A DNA stretch of 64,000 bases, taken from the human T2T-CHM13v2.0 reference genome, Homo sapiens. The DNA is taken from assembly GCF_009914755.1 (NCBI RefSeq), contig NC_060925.1. One strand, given 5' to 3'. This document shows, one piece after another, positions 1 to 16,132 of this stretch (positions within the stretch are counted from its first letter, which is position 1; every line of letters starts with the position of its first letter). A program made the translations under genes and the position numbers. Below the pieces are notes generated by a model. It had not been told where the DNA came from and did no database searches. It worked only from the letters and a program-made list of their open reading frames with translations.

Positions 1-2192
1 ATGACCCGTCTTCTCTGAGCAGCAGGCCATGCTTCTCTGTTCAGTAGTTCAGTTTTCACTAACTTAACTGCAGATGTGTTCTTGGAGGGATTTATTTCTA
101 ATCAATTGAATTATGGGTACTTGGATAAAATGATGATGGGTTACCTACTTTTAATAGGGCCATCATTTTTAAGAGTAAAATCTTGTCAAGATAGGGTATA
201 TCATACTTATGATCTGGTTCCATCTCTAACTCCATAATTTCCTTGTGCTCCTGTGTTGCTACTCTATTATTGAGAAGAGATGGTATCTTGTCAGTGTCAA
301 TTTTACAAAGAAAAAATTCTAAACAATTTCAGTCATAGGGTAGTTTTTTTTTTTTCCTGGAGAAATAATGCATAGTGTAGTATGTTGAATCCTAGAGTTG
401 GCAGGTTTTCAAAAGTGGGGTTCTTTTGTTGTGTAGGTAGGGGTGATGCTAGTCAATGGGTGTTAGTCATTAGGGCATGTGTATGAGTGGTAGTTCTGAG
501 ATACAGCATTGGCAGCCCCTCTTGTCCCTGGTTTTGTTTTTGATAAGCAAGTCCTGGTTTTGTTTTAATAAGCAGGTCATTAGCTGATCTTTCGTGTAAA
601 TGTTTTTGATGTGCATAGCTGGTATGTGGGTGGTTACCTACCTGAGAATGTTGTAGTCACAAATGTATATTATGGAAGTTTGCAGATTATGGTGGATATC
701 AGGTTTTTCTAACTGCGTATTTACAGATGTAGTGAGTGAAAGGAATGTTGGGTCAGTAGGTAAAAGACTTGTGCTCTGGTCCTGGTTCAGACATCTTGAT
801 TTGTGTGACTTTGGGCAAGCCCCTTATTTCTTTGAGTTGCAGTTTCTTGTGTAAAATGGTGCTAATACCAATTTACATGCCTCATAGTGTTGTTGTGGGG
901 ATCAAATGAGATCACTGTTTATGAGCAGCCTTCTCAGGAGTGAGAAATAGAGGGTTGTGAGCTGACTTTCTGATTTGTTTGGCTGAGGTGTTCACACAAG
1001 CCATAGAATGCTTTGTAGGCTTGGGTGGAGGAATGTAGATGGAAATCAGCTGAAAATCCCTGCCTATTAGAAGCTGAGATGTTAATCCTAAATATATTCT
1101 ATGGAGTACTATCAGATGCCTTGCTTTTCTTCATGATGCCCTATTAGCTTCATCTTCAGGTAGCATAGGTGCCTGTTACTCTCATTTTACTTGAAGAAAC
1201 TGACCAGCCAACTGATTTAGGATATGGCTGGCTATCTTCTGGAACTCACATTAGAGTTACTCCTTGAGAGTAAAGTCTTGTATTTTCTGAAGGTTGCTGC
1301 TTTTGGGGTATTTTCCGTGGAGGTGGGTGGGCACACACAAAAACTCACTGTGCTCAAATTTATAAACTTGTTCTTCTTAACAATTTTAAAGCCAGATTAC
1401 ATTGGATTGGGGGAGGGGAGGATACTAGATTTAGTGTTTTTTAATATAAAACTTTGTATTTGAAACTTTATGTGGTAACATATATTTAGGCTCATAGCCA
1501 AAGTGATTACAATGCATTGGTTTTAATATTTTCAGTGAGGTAATGTGTGCTTTAGTGGGGAGGAGGAGAAATATTATTTAATCACCAGCACTACACTAAT
1601 AACCACATTTACTAAATCCTTTGTCCCTTTGCTTGAACTGAGGGTTCCTTGCTTTTATACTGGTTTTCCAAAGGACTTAATCTTGTTAATGTGATGAGGT
1701 GATGATGGGAAGGACATTCCCACTGGGCCCGAAGTGGTGAAACTGGTAAAACTCCCTTTGTAAGTCCCTCTTGTTCAACATGAGTGTCACTCCCATGTCC
1801 CTAAAGTAGAATGGAGTTTTATTGAAGAGAGAATTTTAAGAGTGATAAACAAAAGAGATGGAAATATCTCCTGTGCCAGGTCATTGTTACCATTAAAGAC
1901 TAGAATAAACTGTAATTTTGCAGATTTTCTTTTTGTCTTATGGGAAATTAAAGACTTGGTTATCCTCTCTCGGAGGAAGATAGAAAACTACTGGGCCTGC
2001 TCATTAACAGTTTAGCTTGGCTGACATTTTTCAAGCACTTACCATGGTATTATAGCTGGGCTGAAGCTAGGTGGAGCAGACCTCACTTAGGTGTTGCCTA
2101 GCTCCAGAATCTGTCTTCTGGTGGAATTCCCTTAGGCTTCCAGACAGGAGTGGCAACAAAGCAGATGAAATGGAAGGTAGGCCAGGGCATCT

Positions 2193-2377
2193 GCTCGTTC
2201 GCTCGCTCGCTTGCTCTTTCTCTCTTTCCCTTTTCTTTCCTTTCCTTTCCTTTCTCTCTCTCCTTTCTTTCTTTTGCTTCCTTCCTCTCTCTTTCCCTTT
2301 CCCTTCCTCTCTCTCTTTTCTTTTTTTCTTTCTTTTTTTTCTTTTCTTTTCTTTCTTTTCTCTCTCTCTCTTTCTTT
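2193..2377 (+). repeat. (GCTC)n followed by a CT-rich polypyrimidine tract
   Basis: Near-pure C/T run; source of several spurious F/S/L and K/E/R ORFs. Confidence 0.9.
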
Positions 2378-3098
2378 AGCAGTTTATTACTCATTTGTGA
2401 GAATCAGGGAAGCACTGGGCTCAAGAAAGCCAATACCCCTTCTAGGGCTTACCCCCCATTTTAAAATTTAATATATTGGAATTTATATTGTTTCTTTTGA
2501 TCCGAGATCTTCAGGCTGAAGCTGGAGAGAAATCTTTTGACCTCTCTAGAACAAAGAAAGCCTTTATCAAAGACAATGTAACTTTTTGAGTTTGCCAAAT
2601 TAGGTGTTGCTGCAAATGGAGAAACCTAGAGTTCTCTTCTGTGCTTAAAGACACAAACATGGAAAGTTTTAAGTTCCAATATGGTCACTTAATATATACA
2701 AAATTTTCTGTCTTTGCTGTCTTTGTCATTCCAGCAACAACTGGATGAGCAAATAGAATGATTGTGAGCACTTGCAAACCAAATTGTGACTGTTAGTGTG
2801 TTGAGCTGCTTTTTTATTAAAATGACTGCTACAACTCTGCAGAAATCTGAGTAGTCTTGAAGATAAATTCTTGCTTGCATTTACAATAAAGAAAGAATAT
2901 GAGTAATCAAAAGGCTGATGGAGTTGGAGGACTGGCGTTTTTAAGAGGAACTGATTTGGACATTGAGATTATCAGCTCCTCATCAAATATCATTAAGTAC
3001 ACATTATTATTTTTTTCTGTTGACCAGGAGACCCAAGTTGTGTTGATGTGGGACATAGTTGTATGTCTGAAGAAACAAAGCAAGGGAGAATAAAATAA

Positions 3099-3445
<347 letters not shown>

Positions 3446-3638
3446 GTTTAGGGCTATATTTTATGTTTTCTTCTCCCTTTGGTATTTAATAAAGATTTGA
3501 TATTTTTCTATTATCTGCTTTCCTCTGTTCCAAGGTTTTTGGCCTCAGGTGTGTTCTCTGGAAATGGCAATGATAGGCATTTATAATCTCCATATTTAGA
3601 TATTTCCCTCACAGTGCTAGTTTCTGAGCTTATTAGAA

Positions 3639-3760
3639 CCTAATGTTAAATGACGAGTTAATGGGTGCAGCACACCAACATGGCACATGTATACATATGT
3701 AACAAACCTGCACGTTGTGCACATGTACCCTAAAACTTAAAGTATAATAATAAAAAAAAA
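3639..3760 (+). mobile_element. Heavily 5'-truncated L1PA 3' end
   Basis: gacgagttaatgggtgcagcacaccaacatggcacatgtatac...aaagtataataataaaaa. Confidence 0.88.
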
Positions 3761-4515
3761 GAAATATCCTGGCTATGAGTCAAGGGTTTAGGACCTTTTG
3801 AGGCACTTGGGTTTAGACAATTCTCAGTGATGTGTACAGGAATTTGGGTACAGGAATACTATTCACAGGTGAACAGAGTTTGATTTTGGCTGAAGGCATA
3901 TTATTTGATCCAGATAATAATATAAAAATAATCCAAATGTTAGGACCTTAGCTTCTGCGAACCCTGACTTGAGAATAGTTAGCCATACATGTAGTTGGAC
4001 TTTATGTAGGACTAACCAATCTCCTCTGCACTATTTTTGCACAGTACATTGATTATGGTATCCCTGATGACCTCTGTCCCCATCCTTGTGAGTAGCCTTC
4101 ATTGCTACCACCCAAGGATGTTTTAAAAAGGCTATGAGGAAGGATGCATGTAGGGAAATCTGAGGTTGTTCTTTGGATTTTCCCTGTTTTGTTTTAGGAA
4201 GTATCCATGATTTTATATAATAATATGTAGCAATCTTAGGTTTTTCCATTTTCATTTTTAACATAATTTTGTTATTCATTCTGTTTGGGTGTCTACCTCT
4301 AAATTAACAAACATGAGAAATTGTGTACTCCATTTAAAAAGTGTCCTGAGCAATTTAAGCTAAAAGAATATGTTGTTTCTTTTGTGTGTATAGCAAGAAG
4401 ATTATATATATTTATAAATTTTTTTCCAGCAAGTGTACTTAAAAGCATGTACTTAAAATTAAGGACTTAAAAAAACTAAGCTGTATTTAACAAAATAATC
4501 TTTAGAAAGCTTTAA

Positions 4516-5076
<561 letters not shown>

Positions 5077-7915
5077 TCATGTTGGTCAGTGTCATTTGGA
5101 TCTCGTTGGTGCTTATTGTTCTGCCGATGTGTATTAGTGAACCTACTCATGGGGAAGATAATACTATACAATGAATTTTCCCATTCAGTTGGAATTTTTT
5201 TATTACTCTGTTTTCTATGTTTTTCATTTAGATGTAAATTATTTTGGCTTCCATTCAACCTATTTCAGCTAGTTTTTACCATAATACACATGGCTTAAGA
5301 TTTATAGGAGGCTAAGAGTGGAGAGTGTATCTTCATTCAAACAAATGGTAAGAAAGGAACTTTCAAAACTGTTTTAGTTTTGCAAAGATTAGAAAAGTAC
5401 AATTCTACTTTCTCAACTTTTCATCCTTGTTAAAGGCCTGGAAATTTGCAGCATTTTTTTCTTTCTTATTTTACTTTTCTAATTTGTTACACAAAGTGAA
5501 ATTCCACACATAAACATGCAAGCTGAAGGTTGGGTTTATTCATAGGTTTTGTCTTAATTATAGATATTTAGTTTATTGAATATCTTATTGAGTATTGAGT
5601 ACCTGCTGTGGTCCAGGCATCTTCTGAGGTCCCAGGTGTACAAAGAGGAGCCAATTGTGGTTACTGCCTCTATGGAATTTGCCTAGAAGTGGGAGAGAGA
5701 GAGATGAGTGAGCCAGCACTTATAATACATCTACCTAGGATAAAATGGGAGCACAGAAGAGGAACATCTGTATCAGTGGGTCTCTGAGAGCTTCTTCAGG
5801 AAAATAATGCTTTATCTGTGATTTGAAATATAGTAGGAATTTAGCAAGATAGAGAAAAAGGAAAAGGAGGTAAAATATTTTTCAGGTAAAAGAATGTACA
5901 TGGGTATAGAGGTGATCATTATTAGCAAATTGGCTACATCCTAATTTGTAAGTATTTGTGGATTTTTCAAACCTTATATTTCATGTAGAAGAGCTGAATG
6001 CATTAGTCTCATCTCCAAGATCCAGGTATTGAAATTTAACCCATGCATAAATTGAATTTTTTTCTGAAGTCTTTAATAAGAGAAAAATAAAAGGAAAAAC
6101 TACACAGTGTATAGTAGATTTCAATATAGCACAGCAAACACTGATGAATTTTTTTTGCAATGAGTTCAATATTATAAAATAGAACAAAATTGGAATTTTT
6201 AAAACCAAAAATTATTCTAGATTTATCAGCTAACTGGAATGATTTTTTTATAGTATGAAAAGTCTGTTAGTAATACAAAAAATATTCATTTATAAGTTGT
6301 TATCGTTGATTATATTTTCTTAAGGTATATTTTCAGTTTTTGAAAAGCAGTAATAATTTGCTATGACCCTATAGCCCAGTTCTTAATATCTGGATCTGAT
6401 ACTAGCATCTCTTAGGTAGAAAACACACTTTCTATATGATAATATCTGTAAAGAGCACATAAATCCTTGGAACACTATTAGGAAAACAAAATCGATTTAT
6501 CTCTTATTGCTTTTTTTTGGTTTTTTTTTTTCCTTTTAATCAAGACAAATTTCAAGGAGGAAGACATGTTTCTCCGCTTCGTTTTTATTTAAATGTACCA
6601 CTTGGGATTTGAAGCTTCCGCACTTCTTCTGTTTGTTTGGATTTTTTTTTCATGGCTTGATCCCAAAAAATGGAATACAAAATTTAGAGAAAGTTTTGTT
6701 TGAAATTGCAGGGCGCTATGAGAATTATTGCAAATCCCTGATGTCTCTTTGTCTGCCCTCAATTCTCCTATTTTTGGTAATAATGCAGGCAGTCATTTTA
6801 GAAAACTTTGCTTTGTTCATTTTACTGAGCCTCTTCCAGAGGCCATGTGCCAGAATCAACAGCAGCCAACCACAGCCAAGATCCTAGGGCGTAAACTCAG
6901 ACTTCATCTCTCAAATATTGCTACTTGAAATTTGCATAAACATTGAAGAAAAAGTTAAAAGAGCCTGTATAACTCCTCTTCATGTATTTTAGGAGCCTCA
7001 GACAGTCAAGACATTAAAATACCTTCCGATTGAGCAGTGGGTCTAAGCACAGATACCACACTGCAGATAGGGAGAAGGATATGAAAAAAATCATGTGAGA
7101 TAGACGACAGAGGCTTATTTGAAGAAGCTACAAAGCAACAAGTAATGCCAGTTTAAAACGATTACATGTTAATGCAACAAGTAAAACACATTGAAGGCTG
7201 CTCAGATTACACTGGCTGAAGTACAGACTTAATTACTCATGTTAGAGATTCCTAAAACAAAGGGAGGCTTTTAAGCCAGTGATATGTAGCTGGTATGATA
7301 TTGAAAAGCATTGGAAAACCTAGGTAAATGCCTAGAGGAAATTTTAAGGAAGAGTCCATCAAGTCTGGATACCTTAGCCTTATCCTTAAATGAATAAATT
7401 TCTGAGGCGCTGGAACTGGTTAAAATCAATGGCAGCTTGTTCTGTTGTTGGCAGTTTTGATGTATAATTGGGGCTGATAAACCTGAATAAATAAAAGAGC
7501 CTTGTCTGGATTGAGTTACAGTTAGTGCTAAACATCAAGGGTTCCTATTGTATTTCTTAAAAGTTCTTTTTGGAGTGATTCCAAGATTGGTATTAAGAGG
7601 GTATGCCAAGGGTATATATTGGCAATTTTTATTTTGTTTGTATTTATCTTAGAGTCATTTGGGTAGGTCACATTCTCTCTGCCCCTACTCCCAACTTCTC
7701 ATTAGATTGTAAGGACCATGAGGACAGAGATTGTTTGTTTTATTTGTGCTTAGTTTTCATGCAGTGCCTAGTAGGGGACAATGCTGACAGTAGTTTCTCG
7801 ACAAATATTAGTGGAACTGTATTAAAATTGAGTTTTTGCTCACATATATTGTTTATTTTACCTTTAGTGGATCACTTCTCCTTATGCCTTCAGTGCTATA
7901 GTTTTTTAAAAGAAG

Positions 7916-8314
7916 TATGTTAGTCTGTTTTGCATTGCTCTAAAGGAATACCTGAGGCTGAATAATTTATAAAGAAAAAAGGTTTATTTGGCTAATAGCT
8001 TTGCAGATTGTACAAGAAGTTTAGAGCCAACATCTGCTTCTGGTGAGGGCCCAAAAAACTTTCGTGGCTGAAGGTGAAGAGGGAGCAGGTATGTAACATG
8101 GCAAGAGAGGAGGGAGCAAGAGAGATGTCAGTCTCTTTCAAACAACCAGCTCACATGGTAGCGAGAACTCACTCATTACTGTGGGTGGGCACCAAGCTAT
8201 TCATGAGAGATCTGCCCCCATAACCTGAACACCTCCCAGTAGGCCCCACCTTCAACATTGGGGATTATGTTTCAACGTGAGATTTGGAAGGGACAAAATA
8301 GCCAAACTGTATCA
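7916..8314 (-). mobile_element. MaLR solo LTR (MST family)
   Basis: tgttagtctgttttgcattgct...gagatttggaagggaca...caaactgtatca. Confidence 0.8.
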
Positions 8315-9199
8315 AGCACAAAGAAGATACAGAGATAGTCAATGGTGGAGCTAGTATTCAAACCCAGATTTGTCTGATTTCTGCATCCATGCTTTCAACT
8401 GCTTAACTGCATTGCTTCAAATACTCAGAAAAGACGAAATGTTTTCCATATCCCAGGAACTTAAAAGTGAAAAAGCAGAGAGCTAGAAGACCCTGTAGTG
8501 CTGAATTGAGAGTCATGAGTGTTACAAGGATGGGTGGGGGGGTGGCCCTGTGAGGACCAGAACCCTCCAGGGGAAGCTTTCTGGGTGAGGCAAGAGGTGA
8601 ACTGGGCCTTGAAGGAATGGGTAGAATTTAGATAGTAATGAGGAAGGCAGAAATCAGTGGAAACACAGACATGCATGGAGGAATGGAACTGAGTTCAATG
8701 ACGATCTGTTCAGGAAAGAGGGCATAAACTGGGCAGAGAATGCAGTGGAAGTGGTGGGGAGTAATACTGGGCACGTAAGGTAAGCTCTGATCTGGAAGGC
8801 CAGCATGGGAGCCTAGACTGGTTAAAGTAAGAAATGGCTTGTCCTTGGAAGAAAAAGTGTCAAACTTGGTACTGTGTGAAGGTACTGCACAGACCTCCCA
8901 ACTGGTTCTTAGGAGAGCCAAACTGAGGCTAAGTTCTGAGAACTAAGTAAGAACTGACAGCCATTGTAGGTTAGAAAGTAGTGGGGCAACATGTTACAAG
9001 TAGTGCTTCTGGAAGGTTAGATGCGGTTAGAATAAAATCATTGCCATTTTGGGGAGCTGGGAAAATGGATGTCTTCAGTCTAGTCTAAAAAGGGATGACT
9101 TGAATAAGCTTATATAAGAAAGAAAAGAAAAACCTTTTTACTCACTGGACCATTTCATAATCTTGACTTTTTTCAAACATAAATCTGTGTCATTTTTCT

Positions 9200-9720
9200 T
9201 ATTTAAAACAGCTGAGCAGTTTACTCTCCTACTTAGAGCTGTGATCCTTATCATGGGCTCTTGTGATCTAACCCCAGCCTGCCTCCCTGGCCTCTGTCCT
9301 TGCTTAATAACCTCTAGCCATATGAACCTGGAATACCAGTCTAATTCCCACTTCAAGGCTTTTACACTTGTTGTTTCCTCTGCCTGGGGTGCTATTCCCT
9401 CATATCTTCATGACACTTGTTCATTTACATTGTAGCTCAAAGCATACCTCCTCAGGGAGGCCTTTCCTAGACACTATCTGAGGTACACTCCTGCACCCCC
9501 AGCCTTCATGATTGCTTTTTATACATTACTGGGTTTTGTTTCCAATGGAACTTATCGCTTATTACTGTCCTAAATTATTTTATTTATTAATTTTTTAGCC
9601 ACCTTTCTCTTATAGAAATAAGGTTCCTGAGGACAGGGAGTTTATTCTGTATACTACGGTATCCCTGACATCAGGGCTTGTGCCTGCCGATAGTAGATGC
9701 TTTCTAAATATGTTCTGAAT
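9200..9720 (+). mobile_element. L2 3' fragment (approximate bounds)
   Basis: cctcctcagggaggcctttcc...gaggacagggag...tagtagatgctttctaaatatgtt. Confidence 0.6.
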
Positions 9721-10261
9721 ATTAGATAGCTAGTTCCCAAATGCACTGCACTGAAAGTGTATGAAAATTGGAAATTGGCTTCTAGATTTTTGTATTATAT
9801 TGCCAAATGATGGAGTGATGAGATTGAAATCTACTACTTCTTTTTGCCTTTTTTTTTTTGGTGGAGTAGAGGAGGGCCTGCACAAACAGCAGATACACAC
9901 ACAGTAAATAAGATTTATTTCAGCCAGCAAGTATTTATTGACATGAAAATTGGGGTTAAATGTGACTCTTTGTGAGTGACTAGTTTCTTGGAGTCTATTA
10001 AAGCATCAGTTTAAACATCAATTCTCTATGGTATGATTAATGTTTCTTTTTTTACTTTATAAGCATGAAGCTGCCTTCAATTTTATTGTTAAATTTAAGT
10101 GTTTTACATTGGAAAAAAGTAAATTGAATTTTGAAATGAGGTCTGTCCCGGTCTCACTTTCATGGCTTCAGGTTATCAAAGTTTTAATTTCTCTTTGTAT
10201 GGAAGATAATTATAGTATTCATTTTTGCTCCTGAGTAAAGCCACGAGTCTCAAGATTATTT

Positions 10262-11305
<1,044 letters not shown>

Positions 11306-11399
11306 TTTATTCAGACGATATGTTATCATCTAAATCATCTAAGACCTCTATATTATATAGCTTTTGAGTATTTTTAAAAGTGGACACTCAAGCGTTCAT

Positions 11400-11583
11400 A
11401 TAGTCATAGTCAGTGTGTGGTTCCTCAGACCTGTGGTATCAACATCACCTGGGAATTTGTTAGGAATGCAGATTCCCAGGCTCCCTGCAGACTTAGTCAG
11501 AAATTGTGGGGGTCGAGTCTAACACTCTTTTTTAAAAAGCCCTCCAAGTGATTCCAATGCTTACTAAAGTTTGAGAACCGTGG
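11400..11583. mobile_element. MER5A-like hAT DNA transposon
   Basis: catcacctgggaatttgttaggaatgcagattc...aaagtttgagaacc. Confidence 0.75.
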
Positions 11584-12624
11584 CTCAGTAAATGCTAAAG
11601 GTTCAAGGTAGCATGATCCCACACATCAGCCAAGTGGCATTAATTATTAGCCTGGTAAGCCCACCTTCTTTTCAGTCACTGAGTTTGATTGGTTCACTAG
11701 GGCTAGGCTGTAAAGTTATTTGCTAGATTGATTGCTACATATTGACTTTGGGTTGTTTGTATTTCTCTGAACCTGTCACTGTAATGATTTGTCAGGACAC
11801 TTAATAGGAACAGGCCGTGATTTTTGCACCCATGGCATTCTGAGTCATGGGTGGCTGGGTCATTATGTACTCCAGGTTTCTTCAGGCACTGGGCATGCCA
11901 TTCATGTACTTATAAGGAGGGAGCTGTCGCTGGTGGATCACAGGGAACCTTTAGGGACATTTAGTTCGCTCTCAGCTTGGTACAGGTAGGGAAATTGAGC
12001 CCCCATGAAGTTGTGCTTTGCTTGCAGTTAGGGGTACAGACAGGATTTCAGGTCTCCTGAGTCCCTCCACTGCACCAGGATTCCTGCAGGGGGACAGAGC
12101 TACAGCTTTTTCTGTGCCTACAGGACATTCCTTTCCTACTGTGAGGGTTTTATTTATTTATTATTTTATTTAAAGAAAAAAAGTAAATAGAAAAAACCCC
12201 GGAAGTTCTCACTGAAACTAATAAAAGTGTCTAAAGAGAATGAAAAAATCAGTTTGAGAACTTTGGTATGGAGGAAATAACCTGACATTAACTGTTTTAA
12301 TTATAGTTGTTGCATTGGGCTTATCAGTGTGGGAAGAGGGAGCATTTGAGCCTTACAGGGAAGTGGGATATGGACAACAAGATGACCCTCTTCCTGAATT
12401 TGCCTGTTTGGGCCTGCAGCCTGGTGACTCTTTGTGTGATCCCAACAGCTGTCATAGAGATGGGTTGGACTTTTACTGAGACCTGGGTCCTAGGCCCAGC
12501 ACTGCCACCAGCTAGTGGCGCGATGCCCCGTAAAGAGGCCACTTATTCTCTCTGGCCTCTACTATTGGTAAATGGGTATAATAATATCCACCCTGCCAAT
12601 CCTGAGAAATTTCAGGTAGTGGGA

Positions 12625-12865
12625 AGCAGTGTATCTTGGTGGTTAAGGGCAGAGTCTCTGGATTCAAATTCTAGCTTTCTAACTCACTGGCATGGCAGTA
12701 GGCAGGCCACTTATCCTCCCTGTTTTCTCACCTGAGAATGGGTATAATGAAATTTACTTCTAAGGGTTGTTGTGAAGATTGAATTAGTTAGCTAATTTAT
12801 GTAAAGTACTTAGGATAGTGCCTGGTATTTAGTAAGTTCTATGTGTTAGCCTATTATTATTACTA
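12625..12865 (+). mobile_element. MIR
   Basis: gtggttaagggcaga...agggttgttgtgaagattgaattag...gtaaagtacttaggatagtgcctgg. Confidence 0.75.
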
Positions 12866-14206
12866 TTACCATTTAAAAATACTATTTCAAGGATGGGATG
12901 CATTTTCTGTAAACATGTTCTCAAATGATTCTACTACTGGATACAATACTGGGCTTTTATGCAGTAATTGTTGTTGGAGGAGTTGTTCTGACATCCAGCT
13001 TGCACCTGGGCTACTGGTTTCGTGGCCAGGGATGGCCAGGCCTAGCGTCTCTGATCTTGCACAATTTATGCATAGAGTGGTGTGGTTAGAGGAAACTTGG
13101 AGGGGGGAACTTCTCAGTTTTGCTTTCAGGTATTTATACATTAACTATCATAAGAGATGGACATCTTAATAACTTCCAAGAAAGAGTTCATGAGCTTCAA
13201 TTTGATATTTATTGTTTGACTAGGTTTCTTTCTGTCTTACCTTTCCAGTTGTTAGGGTTCTTGATATGTATTTTGGTGATGAAAATTTCAACTCTAAAAG
13301 CTAAACAATCAAGATATTGTAATTATCCAGCAAGTGATTAGCAGATTTCGAGTAGACTTCTTCCATTCTTGGCTGAAATCAATGAAAATGTCTACTATTG
13401 CTGTTGTTTTTGTTCTTTTCTCTGAAAAGTCTGTTTTTGGGAGGGCCTGAGATGGTAAAGTGCCTTTTTATTGTCTCTTAAAGGGAATGGGGGAATCAAC
13501 AGTTTGAGAATTTTTGTTTTATCTGTATGTATAAAATTGCCTTCTCCTTTTATTTCTTTTGATACTCTCTCTGCAGTCTCTATTCATGATCTACTCCCCA
13601 TCTTTTTATGGGCCCCTTAAAGCTAGAGATTATGTTTATTCGTTTATTTATGTATTCCATTTCTCCTTTTTTCTGGATCCTAATTTTGTGCCTGGTGCAT
13701 ACTAGGCTCTCAATTTTAGTTTGTCGAATTACTGTTATTGCTGTTTCTGATTACTTCTTGAAGCGGTCTGTTTTAAAACTTCACCTGAAGGCTAAGTAAT
13801 TCATCAGTATAATGGTGATCTATTATTTATCTAGCATTTTCCTAAACACTCATTGATGAATCCTTATAATACTCATCTGAAGTATCTAAATCCCAAGATG
13901 ATGTGTCATGTCATAGATGGTATGGCTTTAATTTTTAATTGGGAGATGGAGATGTAACAGCTGGAGATACTGAAACACAGAGAAATAAGAGCATGATTCA
14001 AGACCACAAACGTGGTTATTGTTGGAAGATAGTTTTGGGATGGGCTTCTGTGCTAGAAGCCAAAACATAAAAAACTGATTAAAACTCTAAAAAGAAACCC
14101 AGATTAGGTGGGAATGAATGCTGATCTGGATTGGATTACACTTCTTTGGTGTCTGAGGGTTATGATTAGTGACTTACTTCTAATGTGCATTTGTTTTTAT
14201 TTTTAG

Positions 14207-14288
14207 CATTGCAGTGTCGAGATGGCTATGAACCCTGTGTAAATGAAGGAATGTGTGTTACCTACCACAATGGCACAGGATACTGCAA
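14207..14288 (+). CDS. NOTCH2NL: NOTCH2NL exon 2 (82 nt; EGF1: [27 protein letters not shown]); M40 ATG of the short isoform at 14251
   Basis: ttttag|CATTGC...TGCAA|gtaagt splice sites; translation matches the NOTCH2 N-terminal EGF repeat 1. Confidence 0.97.
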
Positions 14289-14545
14289 GTAAGTTTTTCT
14301 CTTCATATATTTTCTTTTTGCGATAGAACACTGGACAAGATTTGATTCTACTCCTCTATTTTTAATGCTTCTGTGGAATGTTACTGGTTCTTGAGCTTTC
14401 CTGGTACAGATTTTGGTTGGGGGTGAGGATGGAAGGATGTGGATGCCAGATAATTGGCTAATAAGAACTTCTTACTATCTTACTGTTATCTTTCTCACTA
14501 TGAAAAAGACTTTTCAGTGAGTGGCTAGTTAATGTATATGGGGTA

Positions 14546-14908
<363 letters not shown>

Positions 14909-16132
14909 TTAACATGTTACCTATTATCTTGTTTTTAAGTAAAACCAAATAGATATCAACTTTAATATTCGGCCCAGTATATGTGAATATTATATTCATA
15001 TTTTTTTCTAGTGTAAAAAATCTAATTCTGAAAGTGAGACAGTGAGAGAGGAAGATGTGTGCATATGTGTAGATTGAGGGGGAGCAGGGGCTTTGGGTGT
15101 GTATTATTATATGGGGATAAAAGAGTAAGGATGAAGGAAAATGTAGGCTAGTTCTTGGCTTAAGAGCATTTTTTTTTTCCTTTTTCTCCAACCATCTACT
15201 CTAGCCAAGACGTTTTGTTTGTTTGAGGAAGGCTGTGAGATAATTTCATAATAGCTTTTCTAGGTTTCCTGCAAATAATTTTTTTTCTTCTGCCTCAATT
15301 GAAAATTTTTAAGAGGAATATGTATCCATTCTGTTTATTTCAGGGAAGATGCTGGAGAAATAAAATTTGGTAATATGAAATTTCTCTTCTTTTCCTTCAT
15401 TTTTGTGAGGAGTAGTTCTTCTTTGCTTTGGTGGAGGTACTTGCTTAGTAAGCATTTTAAGTGAGTTTATCCAACACATTTTTATTTCTTACCAGGAATG
15501 TAATTACAACTTTTTTCCAGTGAGATCTGTTCTGACACTAGGATTTAGTTTTTTAATGTTATAAACAAGATTTTTTTTTCAAGTCAGAAATAATTTTCTT
15601 CACTAAAGTGAAAATTAAGCTGTGATGACAGTAAAGCTTAACAATAGGTTGTTTGGATTGGAGTAAAGATAACATTGGAAATAAAGGTTTTATGTAGCTT
15701 ATTATGGGCTGCTCATTTAGTTTTTCTAGCTGGGGGAAAAAAAACATGTGGTGCATTCTCCTCTAAGAATGGAGATACAACTGGAGATAATAAGGGAGGG
15801 AACTTAATACCTTAGAGTAGGCCACTGAAATCTTGTTTAGTCTTTTTGTGGCATTTGGTGCCTTAGTTGCTTGCTTTATTCTGTTATGCAACTCTTGTGG
15901 TAGTTAACCCCATTGCATTATGGTCATTTGTTGATGTGTTTCTTTTGCTAGAATGTGAGGTCTTAGTCTTATGCATTTTTTGCATAGTTAATGCCTATTA
16001 CAGTGCCTGGTGTAGTTATTGTTCAGCAATGTGTTTCTTAAACTAAAAGGTGCTAAGTAGATACCGTCATGCACATGTTTCTTATCTATTTATGTTAAAT
16101 AAGAAGACACTGGTTCTCTCCTTTAAAAATTT

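Noticed and set aside
524-575. Short direct repeats (also 56998-57070) as a CRISPR-like or structured array
   Set aside because: Two to four degenerate copies without regular unique spacers; ordinary slippage duplications in human DNA.
2071-2471. Overlapping 86-104 aa ORFs
   Set aside because: Artefacts of the stop-free CT-rich repeat; same for the ORFs at 44089-44365.
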